From NCBI GenBank assembly GCA_965153455.1, contig OZ234493.1:24666213-24730212 (forward strand): a stretch of 64,000 nucleotides of DNA, given 5' to 3'. This document shows positions 14,401-27,600 of this stretch, piece after piece (the stretch's first letter is position 1; each line of letters opens with the position of its first letter). The DNA comes from Sphagnum compactum (lineage: Eukaryota). The notes under the pieces were generated by a model. The model saw only the letters and a program-made list of their open reading frames with translations. It was not told where the DNA came from and made no database searches. Both the position numbers and the translations under genes were made by a program.

Positions 14401-15315
14401 TCAAATGCAGGTGGTGATTAATATATCCTTAGATTTATTAATTGGGACTTGGACCTAGACTAAAATTTCATTATCAATTTCATTATGATTCATTATGAAA
14501 AAAACTATGTGGTTATTTATTGATAAAAAATTCATTTGTTAGTAGTAATGGACTTTTGAAGTCAAAAAATATGGACTAGTCATCTAACTAGAACATCACA
14601 AAAGGGAAATTTATATTGATTCACATTCCAAATTTATTATTAATATTCAAAATATAATGTAAATCAAGATGATAAATTCATATGAGGAATCTTTTCTTTG
14701 AAAACTTTGACTGTTTAATAATAAGGGATTTTTGAATAGTTAAAATTTGACCATATTTCCATAAGTCCATATGAGTTATTATTTTTGTTAATTTTTCAAT
14801 TTCTTTGTCCCAAAATCATATGTTTTTGAAAATTTTAGGTGGGGCATTATTCCATTGGACTTTGTGGGTTTTTTTTAGGGCTTTAAAATTTAAAAATGAC
14901 ATCAATTACATTAAACACAAGTTTTCTTTGAACCATATTCATTTTAATCATTTTAAAGAATCTTTGTATAGACTTATAGGGTGTGTATTTTTGGCTGATA
15001 TTGAACCATTGTAACGGGCATTCACCTTGAATGTTAGTTGAACATAAAAGTTTCATGGTAACTAGATTTAAGTTCTAAATGATTAGCATGATGTTGAGGG
15101 ATTCAACACTAGAGTCCCTAACACCAAATGTGAACACACTTCCAGTAAGTGAATTATCTCTCCCTGCCATACCTAAGCAAAGCAAAAAACTTACACCACT
15201 TGGAGGCATTTAATTGAAAAACCAATTTGTAATTGGAGAAACACTCTCCTATTTGAAATGTCCCCTCCTATTGCAGAAAGAACCTTTTTGTTGGATAAAA
15301 GACCCTACACATAGG

Positions 15316-15645
15316 CTACAATGAATGAGCACCCACCAATGCACCATCCATTGGATGCGCTTTATTATTTAGTTGTGGATGAACCTCAACTAAATTAATA
15401 TTTGGTTTCAATAACCTTTCGTATCCAAATTTAGTTATCAATTGTGTAAGAACCAGGTCTCATGTGTAGGTGGATAGGTAAGAAAATAGGTACTTATTAA
15501 ATAATTATATGGTTTATACATAGTTGAAGGCTATTTTTACTACCTATTTATTAACAACCTACTTGTGGGTTATTAGTAGGTAGGTAGGAAAAAAAAAACT
15601 AAACTAACCACCATGGTTAGGTTGGGAAGTAGAACCCAACAAATA
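15316..15645 (-). mobile_element. Decayed copy of the MITE family seen intact at 51149-51468
   Basis: Aligns by eye to the reverse complement of 51149-51468 (GCACCCACC..CACCATCC, GATGAACCTCA, ATGGTTTATACATAG, TTAGTAGGTAGGTAG, CACCATGGTTAG). Confidence 0.65.
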
Positions 15646-17468
15646 ACTATTTCCTGATCACTTACCATTTATCCTTCATGGTGCAATTGCATAAGTGCAA
15701 CTACCTTACATGAACTAACACCTACACTCGCACCATGGTAAAGCCCCCAAAATTCATCTAAATTGATTCTAAATATTATACATATCTTAGGCATAGACTA
15801 AATTTGGGTCTTTGAGTTCAAATTGAACATTTTTGGGGGTTTGATTCAACCACTAAGAAACCTCACTATATTAAGGTGAAGGTACCAATGTGAATGTTAG
15901 TTCACCATGGCCCACTAAAACATTTTCGTGGACCCTTATTTCGATTTTTTCTACAAAAACTAAACCCTGGGAATCATGCCCTTTTGGAATATGCAACTTT
16001 TAGCTTGATATTTATCATCATGTTGTTCGGTTGTAGGAACCCCACCCAAACATTTCCTTGTGTGCAATGTGGGAAAAGCTATTTGTTATTTTATAACAAC
16101 AAAATAATTATTAGAAGTTGTAATTGCAAATTATAGTATATGGCTTTGGGAAATAATATGGATAAAAATGGGGAATAAAATAATGAACCTCATGGGCCCA
16201 ACAAGGGCATAAAGGTTGATTATGAATAATTTAGATAATTATTTTGAGTTAGTAATAATAGGTGTATTCACAAAAAACATGAGCAAGTGGGCCCTAGGTG
16301 CAAATCTTTTTAAGGACTATGTTTTTTCAAGTTTGAAACATGGCCTCCATGTTTTGAATAAGGCCTATTATTGGATGATAATGCCAACTTCAAAAGTTTA
16401 ATTCACATGTACGTGTTTCCATGAATTTTCAAACAATATGTAATTAAATCTATTTTCTTAAGATAAATTTTCAAGTAAATCAAATGTGTAGATTTCAACA
16501 AAAATAAACATGTCAATATTTTTTAAATATTATGTGTTTCAAACCTTCAATGATACATTATACATTGAGTTTATCAAACATACCTTTCTTTAACATCATT
16601 CTAAATGGAGTAGAACATATTCACAAAATAAATAAATAAAATGTTATATAACACATTCAATATTCATGAAAATGTAACCTTGCCTTTGCTTACCAAAATA
16701 TATGTTTTTTTTTAAAGAAGTTTTTCAAATTATGTTTAATGATCAATAACACATTTAGACATTAAAGAAAGATTATCATGAATAACTAAAATGAAACACA
16801 TATTCAAATTTTTAATGATACCATGTCGTCATAGTCATTAAATATGGTGATCCACAATTTTTCAGAATTAATGGTTTGGTTTTACATACGATAGACATTC
16901 AAAATTTTAACACCATGTACACACCAAACTATCCACTCTTCAATATACACTTTATGACCAATGAAACATATCAAAATTGCACAAAATTCATTTTGATTAA
17001 AATTCATAAATATACAAACATTTTGAAAGTGATTTCATTAAATTATAATCCTTACAATTCATGCAGTCATTTTCAAAGTCATTGGGGTGAAGGATTTTAT
17101 GTGTGTACACACAATCCTTGGCTCCTTTTATTGTGAATGCACCCTAATGGGAGGTCAAATATGTAAACTTGACCAAATCCTACGTTTCAAATAATGTAAA
17201 CCTATCCTAGAAAGATGAAAAATTATAAATGGCACATGATGATTGGCTTGATACATCGGGAATAGATGTAGATGAATGTAATTAACTATTCATCCATTTT
17301 TTTCCTTTTAGTATATAAAAGGTAGTGATTGGAGCTTTAGGCTCATAATTTGCATTTAATAATTTTGTGTTACCTATTGTTATCAAAACTCATAAAAATA
17401 TCACTTAAGGTATAGTTCTCACATAAAGATTCAACTTTAAGTGTGTGGGTGATCCTATCCCAAAAAAA

Positions 17469-19921
17469 TGTAAGGTCTCATGTTTGGGAATCATGTGAAT
17501 GACGAATATTGCAAATGTTGTGTTGTAGTATGTTTGATAGTCTACCTATGTGCTAATTTCCTTTCTTTCTTCCAGAATTCAATGGATCAAGTCCCCTTGA
17601 CTCCTGAATAGTACATTGAATACATGTTAGGGTCCATCGGTACTGTGAGGAATTATTGCACACCTTCACCACTAAGATATGCACTCACAATAAAAACCCG
17701 GTTGGAAGTGGAACTACTATGTAGTGTAGTCTAACAAGTAAGGTGGTTCGAGGTAAGTAATGAAATTCACCAAAAATCTAATGCGTTGTGTCCAAATTGA
17801 AGCTACAAAACATCGTGAGGGAATTGTAACTCACCATGATGGAATATTGAGGGTCCGTATGTTGATGTTCATTTCAATGTCATGTTCGATGGTTTAAAGG
17901 CTTCCATTCCGTTCGTCATAACAACTACATACAACATCCTAATTTAACATGCATTGGAGTTGGAAGCTAATATAAAAGGAGCCATGTTTAAAAAAATCTC
18001 ATAAGTTTTTATTTTATGTTTTTGATCAAGAGTTAAGCCTCGGAGCTAGGAGCCACTTGCCTAGTTTGAGGAAAAAACAGATAATTCAACCCCCTTTACT
18101 TCCAACTAACGTAGCTCCCTTATAGAAAGCCCGATCAAGCTGAATTTTTGGGAGGGCCTTTTACACCTTCTAAGCTAAAACTGATTCAAATTTGACACAA
18201 ATCCAACGGTGGATTTGAGAGAAACAACTAATTGAACCAAAAGTCCAGAGACTTTGCCATGGAAATCATTCCATGAACCCCACTACAACCCCCTCTACTT
18301 CCAACCCGCGTAGCTCCCTTACAGAAAGCCCGATCAAGCTGAATTTTTGGTAAGGCCTTTTACACCTTCTAAGCTAAAACTGATTCAATTTTGACACAAA
18401 TCCAACGGTGGATTTGAGAGAAACAACTAATTGAACCAAAAGTCCAGAGGCTTTGCCACAAGCACTTGCTACACAAGTTCCTTTCATGCTTAATCCTTAC
18501 ACACACACTTCCCATGAGCACCTCTCCACACATAAGAACTAAAAAACAATCTTCCTCACACTCTTCCTCCTTCTTCCATGCACACACAAAACCCCTCCCA
18601 TGGTGAGCCTCCTTCACCTTCCTTGGGCTTGTTCCCCTTGTCCAATGAAAGCTTCGAAATCCCTTTGCACCAATCAATGGCCTCCTCATCCTTCAAGGGC
18701 CAATGAAAATTTGATAATGAATTGCCATCCAATTGAAATTAGGATGAAAATCCTTGGGCCCAATGAAACATAAAAGATATTCCATCCTCCAATCAAAGAG
18801 GATGACAATCCTCATGACTAATGGGATTGGAGGATCCAACCTCCCCCTTATCTTGGATATCTTGATGAGGTCTCTTGAGCTTGATTCTTATCTTTTCCGT
18901 CCGTTGACCCTCACATCCTATTTCTTCATCCTAATTACTTCAAATAACTAACTACTAGGATAATTTATTGGTAGTAACAAGGAAGAGTCCTTGAATTCTT
19001 ACTTGACTAATTCAATGGTTGAAGTAACATTTCCGTGTAACATTTATTCTTTTGATATTCCCTACCTATTTACTTTACTATGCACTAATTAACTATGTAG
19101 TACATAGTAAATTGGAATTACAATTTGCATCACACCAAAAAAACTCTCACATACTTCTAGATCCACCGTTGAATTTAGGGTTTGATGAATCCCTTAGATC
19201 TAGGGTGTTCGAGTTTCCATGAGGTTCCGTCGTCACTCCCACACCTTACGCCTACCCTAATTTGTTAAATAAAAAGGCTTCGATCCCTTTTGAACGCAAG
19301 TACCACCTTGTCTATACCACCTTCTTGGTTTTTGTTGATGCAGGTGCAACTAGTCATGGCGGACGATGATGCTACGCCTTCAAATCCTCTAGTCGCACCC
19401 GTACAACAAGAAGAGTTTGAAGAAGCACCATTCGACTTGAATGTTTCTCAACGGCCGCGCGAAGAAGAACCGCCCAGGAGAGTGGTGCGCACTCGAGTCG
19501 ATCGTTCGATATGGGATCGTCGATTGTCTCCTAACCCATATGCTTTAGCAATTTATTTAGAGTTTGTTCCTGCTCGTGGAGTCGCGCCAGAAAGGTTTGA
19601 AGAGTGCTAGTGCGAAGATGATGATGTCCGTCTCCATTGTCGAACATGGGTTCCCGGTGATGGCCATTATCGTTGGCTACGAGGCCCGATCAACCCACTT
19701 CCCCTGGAGCATCGAGCCGAGTACCTCGCTCGCACCATTCGCCACATCCTAGATTTTTTACAACTGTGATCTATCCTTTAAGTCAGTTATTCAATTGTAA
19801 TTCACCTGAGGCTACTCAGGCGAAAATGTTAATACTTAAGCTTGATTTTGATTGTATTTAAGAATATGATAGAGTGAGAACTAAATAAAGATGTAATAGG
19901 ACTGCATCCTAAAATCTTACA
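17469..19921 (+). mobile_element. Probable long LTR / solo-LTR-like segment
   Basis: Bounded by TGTAAGG (17469) and TCTTACA (19921), less AT-rich than the flanks, with an internal tandem duplication, and adjacent to gag debris. No matching TSD was seen, so the boundaries are tentative. Confidence 0.35.
18087..18458. repeat. Tandem duplication, 173-bp block with 199-bp period
   Basis: 18087-18259 and 18286-18458 are near-identical (CAACCCCCT.TACTTCCAAC...GTCCAGAG.CTTTGCCA). Confidence 0.9.
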
Positions 19922-20042
19922 AGTACATCATTAGTGCTTGAAGGTCATTCTACAGACTAACTTAACATTGTCATGGTGAAATGTTATTGTTAATTATGGG
20001 CTTGTATTCCCAATATATCAATAAATCCCATCTAATTTTACA

Positions 20043-21574
20043 TCCCTTTTCCCTTTTCCACAATATAAAAAGGACAATGCATTTTTAAAGGTTTACTAGG
20101 TCCTAAACTAATTAAGCGTTACAACAACTGAAATAAAGAGTACTCTATGCCTAGAAATATCACAAAAGCTAATTCAACTATTAATAATCACTACTTGAAG
20201 GTTTATAAGCATTCAAATCATTAGTACTAAGGAAATTTAAGGAACTAAAGCTTAACTATTTGTTAAGCTATAATCCATGGCTCACAGGTACAAAGGATGG
20301 AACCGTATTATACCACATTAGGTATGGTATAGTTCTAGGTTGCCCTACTATCAATGGTGTAATAGGTTGCAACCAACCTAAATGTTAACTAACTAGTATT
20401 GGGTTGGTAACCAAACTCGGTTGTATCTGGGTTTGTTGTACAAGTACACCAACATGTGTTGTTGGTGTGTTCGTTACTATAGATTGTAGAGAAGTTTTAA
20501 GTTTTTTCATTAATCTCTTCAATTTATCATCCACAAAAGGACAATTCTTGAATTCATGTCCAACTTGTTGATAATATTAACAGATTAATGCAACATCAAT
20601 AGTGGGTTGAATGGTTGTAATCAATATACTTTGTTGAACCAATGGTCGTTCAACGATTCCCATGGCAGGTATATTCGGCCAAATAATTTGATGAAGTGGT
20701 TGTGCGTATTGAGTAGCAACAAGGGCCATGATTGTTTCCACTAGTTTTACAAGCTGTTGAAAACCCAATCTATGTGAAGGTATTTGCTTCAAGTTATGTA
20801 GATATTCCAACTAGGTTAAAAGTTGATTACGCTCCAATTTTGAATCTGTTGCAGTTTGGTTCAAAACAGGAACCGATTCAGATGTATAGTAACCAACAAC
20901 TGGTGTTAATCGAGAGGGCACATTTACTCTAGAATGTAGTAACTGGGTGTCACTGATTGCCACTTTTGTCTTTTAGAGGTTACCTCATCAACATGTCAAA
21001 CATGTTTGGTGTTTTGTCCACCCAATTGTGCATTTGACCTTCGTTGTTGGGACGACTGATGGGGTATCAAAAACCAACCAGTTGAAGGTACTTGTGGTTC
21101 CCTTCTTTCCTCCTACTATGCGGGTATATGATGGAAAAGTATTTTTGTCATAACAAGTTATTGAGGCTCATTGGTGGGAGCTTCAACCAATTGTACTCCC
21201 TCGACTTGAGAACATGGTTGTTCTTGTGGTTGAACAGCCTCACAAATAGGTTATTGTGGCGCTTTTAATTCCAATTGCTTCTAAGGCTCCTTGTGACTAC
21301 TCTTGACATCTTACAAAAATCACTATTTCAATTTTTTTTGGGGTCAATAGGTTGCTAAAAATATTATAAAAAATCAACATGCAAATCCAAAGAAATTATT
21401 GATTAATAGTTTGTAAAGAAGAACAAAAAGTGTGAACACAAAAGATAATTTTAAAAAACTTCTAAAACTTAATATAAGTCCAAACCTTAAAAAAATAAAT
21501 TTCAAAATTACTAAAACCAGAAAGCATAAATGTATTACTGACAATTTTGTTTTGCTACATGGTCGCCAAATGTT
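20043..21574 (-). mobile_element. Decayed LTR-retrotransposon internal region (gag zinc knuckle, PBS, PPT)
   Basis: On the minus strand: LTR-end AACA then TT-TGGCGACCATG (PBS-like, 21568-21558); decayed knuckle C*YYQQVGHEFKNC (20582-20541, CX2CX4HX4C with two transitions); PPT GGAAAAGGGAAAAGGGA directly followed by TG at 20042. Confidence 0.65.
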
Positions 21575-22668
21575 AAGGGTGTTTTTTTGTCCCTTTTAGT
21601 TTCACATGTTCTCTTCTATTTCTAATTATGGTTTTTTGACTTATCAACAGGTTGCTTCAAATCTAAATATTAAAAACACAATAAGCATTTGTGGTTTTTT
21701 GCTTATGCATCAAGAACAAGAATTCTAAAACGTGCATTCTAAAAACAGCAAAACGAAAAGCTTCACAAGAAAATTCAAAGTAAACTTTGATTCAGAAATC
21801 AAAAACTCTTCAAGAATTACAAAAAATAAAAAGATGAAGATCGTCTTCGATCTCCAAGTCCTCCTAATTATACCAACTCATAGTGATGTTTGTAACTTAA
21901 ATAGTCACTAGTTAGTATAACTTCAAAATGAAAATAATAAATTATTGGTCATAAGTTCAAATTCACCTATTTTGTTAATCAATTGGTTATTATAACAAAC
22001 CGGTTACTAGTTCTTGTAACTAACCATTTAACTTAAGACATGTTGACCAGAAAACTAAAATGTCCTTAAATCATACTGTCTAATTGGTTACTAGTTGGTT
22101 TAACCAAAACTATATAAATATTTAAAAAATTGGGTTAATAGAATGGAATCATACTCAACACCTAAGGTTATACATAATTATGCATGGCACATGGAGCTCT
22201 TTGTTGTAGTTCTAATTTCAGCTTGACATTTACATGCATATATTAAGGGAATAGTTATTATAGTTACTTATGGTAATAGTTAATTAATATATTTCTACAT
22301 ACCCAAGTTACTATTTTAAGAAATACTAGAAAGATCACATAGGTTTTATCACCATTTGAATTTGAATAGAACATAGGATTATTTTTGTTGATGAATATAT
22401 TTAGCCAAGAGGAAGATGAGGATCTATTGTATCATCATAGAACATGGAGCTTTGATGGAGTATGAGAGAATAACACTTTGATTTCTAGAAAAGGGGTGTT
22501 TCCATAGCCATAATTTGTTGTTTAGATGTTTTTATCATACTTTCATTATTAGGTTTTATTTTTGAAATTAATTCTAAGTAAATATGAATGAGCAGACTCT
22601 ATTAATATTAATTTTATTCTATTTCAGTCCAGATTTTAGACCAAAATATAGGATTAAAAATTATATTT

Positions 22669-23740
22669 AACATTTGGTGACCATCTTAGGGTCTGAATTC
22701 AGAGTGAACTTCATATGGTTTTTGATGTTTTATTGCTGAAATTTTTGTTTTTATAGATAGATAGTGAATTTCAGTTTCATTTTTTGCATTTTTTTTCAAA
22801 TCTTGATCATAAGTTTTTGTTTACAAAGTAAATCTAAGTACTATAGCTAATTGCGAAGATTTTGTTTTAATGGAAAAGTTTGTTCAGATTTGAATTAGGA
22901 TGTGAAGAGATGGAAAATAAAATTGTAACTAGAAGTCTGAATAGATAATTAGACCAAGTTATATTACATGAACAAATGGAAAATGGCATTGCCATCAACA
23001 ACAATTTGAGTGCAGATAAGGTAGATTAGTAATTGTAACACCTAAAAGAGTTTTTCAGTTAGGATAGAGACATCCGTGGATAGAATAAAGACCTACATGC
23101 CACAGAATGCCTCAGGCAGCACCGATTATTCCTCGTGAAGTGCAAACTGGTGAAGCATAGTGGCACACCAACAATCTACAACAAAATTCCAGGAAGGAAG
23201 AACATTAAACTGAAAATGCAGACTCAAAAGTTGAGTTTAGATGAAGGAGTTAGGAGTTTGAACCTCAACTAGGAGTTGTGTTGGAATCACAGGTCTGATG
23301 GAACAACATAATTATGATGTTATGATTAAAGAAGAAGAATAGAGACTCAATAAGTTTAAAAGGGAAGAAGTAATACCAAGGTACATATATGCTTCACCTC
23401 CTTATTATTGAGAGGATCAAGAGAATGAAGAGTTTGAACAAAGAGCTCATAATTTTGAACTTTTGATTTGTTATGTGGTTGAGCAAAAAGTTGCAACTCA
23501 AGGTATCAAAATGTCTAGAGGAGTTGAGTTGATATTTGTAACTAGACAAGAAACTATAATTTTACCAAAAGCAAAATTAATAGTACAAAAGGTGTTTCTG
23601 TGGCTATCAAAGTGAAGTACAGTGAACTTATATTTAATGAGCAAAATGGAAGTATTGTTAGAAGAGTTCCAAGGGATTGAAGTAGAGGGATTCATAGTGT
23701 GAACATAGTTCCAAAACAAGATAAAAGGCAAGACCCACCT
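22669..23740 (+). mobile_element. Second decayed LTR-retrotransposon fragment (PBS plus gag-like purine-rich sequence)
   Basis: AACA-TT-TGGTGACCATCTTAGGG at 22669-22691 resembles the PBS at 21568. It is followed by a T-rich leader and stop-riddled E/K-rich coding-like sequence. Confidence 0.4.
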
Positions 23741-23747
23741 AGAGTAA

Positions 23748-24665
23748 CTCCACACTTGCGATTTGCAAGAAGCAAAACACAACAGTATGACCCCATTAGC
23801 ATCAGTTATCTTGTTGGCCATGAGAAGGGCTTTGACATACTTGCCATGCTGGTCAAAGAAAGAGAATGGAAACTTGTTTGTATCTTGGCCATCCATAGCA
23901 CTGTTGAGCAATATCATGAACTTGGTCATTGAATCCTGCCCTTTGAGCCAACAGCACATCAATTGAATACCAAAAATCTCACCTACTAGCATCTTGCCAA
24001 GCACCTACATCCAAATTCACTAAAACCCAAAGTATTGTAATTGTCCATAGTTACAACTACTCTTAGTTTTGCATGTCACAAATCATTAAAAAACTCAGAG
24101 TACTACTAGACATCCATTGAAACAAAACGTAAAGAATGGTGAAAAGTACCTCCTTTCTTTTCCATCCAGTGAACTTTTCCATGGATGCATTCCACTCCGA
24201 GCAGTAACCATACTCATCAAAACCAAAAATAGGCAAGATCATGGGATTTGGATTTTGCACTATTGCTTTGTAGTCACCTTGTATGCGAATGAACTTGTTA
24301 CAGACCAATTTGTGGCCAATAACATCTTGTCCCACAAAACAGTCACCCACCACATTCTTTGTCACATCCCTACTTGAGCATGCATTTACAATGAAGATCA
24401 CTGCTCCTTTTCCCTTTTGTGAACCGTATGTTTTTAGTTTAATCTCCAAATTCTGCTCTTCCACACCTGCAAGGGAGCAGCACCCAACTCGCAATTAGAT
24501 TACAACAGCACTTGATCACATTCACATGTGTGAGCAAGAGGAGTTAAATTGAATGCCATAAGAGATCAAAACCATACCTTGCAAGGTAAGATAAAGCATG
24601 CGCTCAACAACTTTTGTAGAATCCTCCAGAATCAAATCATTGACAAGCGATCGACCCATAGCTTC
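23748..24665 (-). pseudogene. PHY: Phytochrome gene fragment (PAS-repeat region) with two introns
   Basis: Exon pieces 24665-24578 (EAMGRSLVNDLILEDSTKVVERMLYLTLQ), 24466-24150 (GVEEQNLEIKLKT...VNACSSRD...FVGQDV...IQGDYKAIVQNPNP...EWNASMEKFTGWKRKE) and 24004-about 23748 ([12 protein letters not shown]...[24 protein letters not shown]...[11 protein letters not shown]). GT-AG introns at 24577-24467 and 24149-24005. Frameshift near 23787, and both ends truncated. Confidence 0.93.
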
Positions 24666-27600
24666 AAAAAGTATCTTAAGGCAAAAGAAGAATTACGAAA
24701 ACTCAAATGCTTCACCATGCAAAAATATAATCTTTGAAAAATCCTCTACAAGAAACCAAAATCCTTCAATATGTTATAACTATGTAACTAATCTCAATTT
24801 TCAACACAAGCCAAAATATCATCTTTCAAAAAATCCTCATATAAAAAATATACCTATTACATAAGGGCTATAATCCCTTAAGCTACTATATTCTACAATG
24901 AATTTAAACATAGTGTCCTTGCCTTATAGACATGAACATTTTTTCCTTTAATGAATGAGCCACACATTTAACATTAGAAATTGACTTAATTTTGTTTTCC
25001 TACAAAAAAAGAAAAGACGAACAGCTTGTGTATTCTTCAACTCAAAGATTGTGTACATTTATGAAAGACTAGGTCTTCATGTCTTTGAAGTATAGTTCTT
25101 TCATTGTGATACAGCCCACAAGTGATAAGACTACATTTGTAACTTCACCACAGTTTCACATGTCAACCTCACAATTTGTGTATCACTTTAATTAACATGG
25201 TTTATGGCTAAAAGTATTTTATGCAGGTCCTTATAATTCTTTGGGACATTATATTTTCTCAACAGAAACATTTGTTGCTTGTTTTTGTGGCACATAATTA
25301 TGGGTCCTTGTTGTCTCTTCAATAATCCAAAACAAACAATGATATGCAAACAACCAATTTTTACCCATATACCTGGTACGCAACTACTTCCCTTTTGTTT
25401 CTGTGCTTGTCTGTATTGATGGACCTTAAACCCTTATCACACAGGAATTTCAAGTATTGAAATTAGAGATCGTTTCAAGCTCGAAATCGGAGATGGTTTC
25501 AAAATTAGCTTTGTCCTGAATGGGGGGTCAGCTGGGAGCAAAGAATGTGATGACTGCCATGTATATGAGAAAAGACCTTAGCAAGTAAAATGGTGAAGTC
25601 CTCATAAATTTTATGTAATAACTCTACACTCTAGTGGACAGTAAAGAAATTTCCAACCGTAGGAGATGATTACAACATTTATATTAACAATTAACTGGTG
25701 ACTCCATCTAAAATTCAATGGTAAATGGTAATTATAACAAATAAGTCAAGCATCATATGGTAATTTCAACAATAGAAGGTAAATAACGAACCCAACAAAA
25801 AAATTAGAAATGAAAATGAAATTCCAACAATTATGAAGAAAATACAATAGTGAAATGTATTTCAGTCAATGAATGTAAAATTATAGCACTAATTGAGTTT
25901 TGCACAATGTCAGCTTAATGTGTTTTATGTAAATATGTAAATCACCATGAGTTTTTGGAATCCTGAAAAACATCTCCAAAATGTAATTTCTATTTCTAAT
26001 AGGTGTTGAATAAATCCCATTGGATACATATTGAAATATGATTGAGATTGCAATTCACATAATTTTAATATGTTTTTGACAACTTTGATTGTTGACCTAA
26101 AGTTGTTTTTATTTTTATTGAACACCATGATGACTGATCTTAAACTTGAAAACTGATCTTTAATTGCTTGGGTTCTAAACATGTATTATGAATATCATGC
26201 TAGGGATACAAATTGTTCAATGTAGTTCCAAAGAATGTGGGAATTCAACGTGCATCTAGAGAATGTTGAATTTCATGGAGTTGATGTAGTTTTTTTTTGT
26301 TTTATGTGCATCTTAAACAAATGTGAAGTGATGTCTAGCAAATGGTTTAATAGGAATTATTATGCCAAGAGCTAGCTGATATATGGTTTAAAGCTATTAT
26401 GTTAATAATTGGGGGAAAATTATATTGTTATGTTGGAATAAGTTAATGAATATCTGAAAACTCATTGGAAAATTTGTTGAATTCATTTATACACCAAGAA
26501 AATAGTGGTCATAACTTATAACCATCTTTAAGGTGGTTGTCTTGATGATGTGTTTCTTCCCTGTTGGACACCCATGTCCATGACATACTTGACTACCTAC
26601 AAGCAATTTCCAACCTATAAATACCACTTAAAATGTGTAACATGTAAAAAACCAAATGTATTTCAATTTGGATGAAAGAATTACAAAATTTCAAATAGAT
26701 CATTCAGTTTTAAGTCATCAATTTTTTAAATCAAGAGGGGATCTAGCCCTAGGCAAGGTCTTTGCCCACTACAGTTTGAATTCAAGTTTCCAATTACAAC
26801 ATGAATTTCTAAAAAATATTACAAAATTATATAAAAGAGATTAATATTACAATATTACAATAGGTTAGTTGATAAGATTGTATGCATATGTTTTTAAAGT
26901 TTTAGTGAATCAACATACATGAATCCATACAAAAGAATTAGTTTGTAGAATTGTATAGGAAAAGTACAACTCTATAGATTTATTGCAGAATTTAAAAAAT
27001 GGTAGCATCAAAATACAAAAGGAAACAAGAAAGGGGTTTTTATTTGGAGCATAGTAATTTTTGACAGAACGATTTTTCTCCTTCAGATTTTTATACAATA
27101 GTGATCTTCACCATGAAAGCATGGTTGATGAATCTATATGGAAAGCACTCCAAATTCTCCAAAGTAACACTTGCGCCTTGTTCATTGAAGTCCTCCAATT
27201 TTAGTCAAATTAAGAAAATAAATGGGATCATTGTGGATCCAAGTGTGCACAACTAGTTGTTTGCATTGCCATTTTGATTTTTTGTTTTTCATGTCTATTA
27301 CAATTGACAAAGAATGTCCTCATGATATTTTGCTCGCATTATGGATGCACTCAAATTGGGTATGAAAAAAGGATTCCAAGGCCAAACTGGGGCTCAAAGA
27401 CATGGTGACTTAAGGATAACATTAGTAAGTAATAAATGTGTTTGTGGAATTGAAAATTAGCCAACCCTAACAAACTCATGCACTTCGAGTGTAATCTGTA
27501 ATGTTTGACGATTTTATTTTTTTCATTAATTTTGTTGCTTTTTGCTTGTTGCTTTCAAAGAGATCTACTCTTAAAGCAACTCCGCCATCAGCTTGCACAT

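Noticed and set aside
23498-24004. 168-aa ORF as a functional phytochrome fusion protein
   Set aside because: It starts at a splice acceptor (GTG) and drifts out of the PHY frame at a frameshift into antisense retroelement sequence.
24005-24149. TE insertion in the phytochrome fragment
   Set aside because: It has GT..AG ends and its removal restores the frame, so it is an intron.
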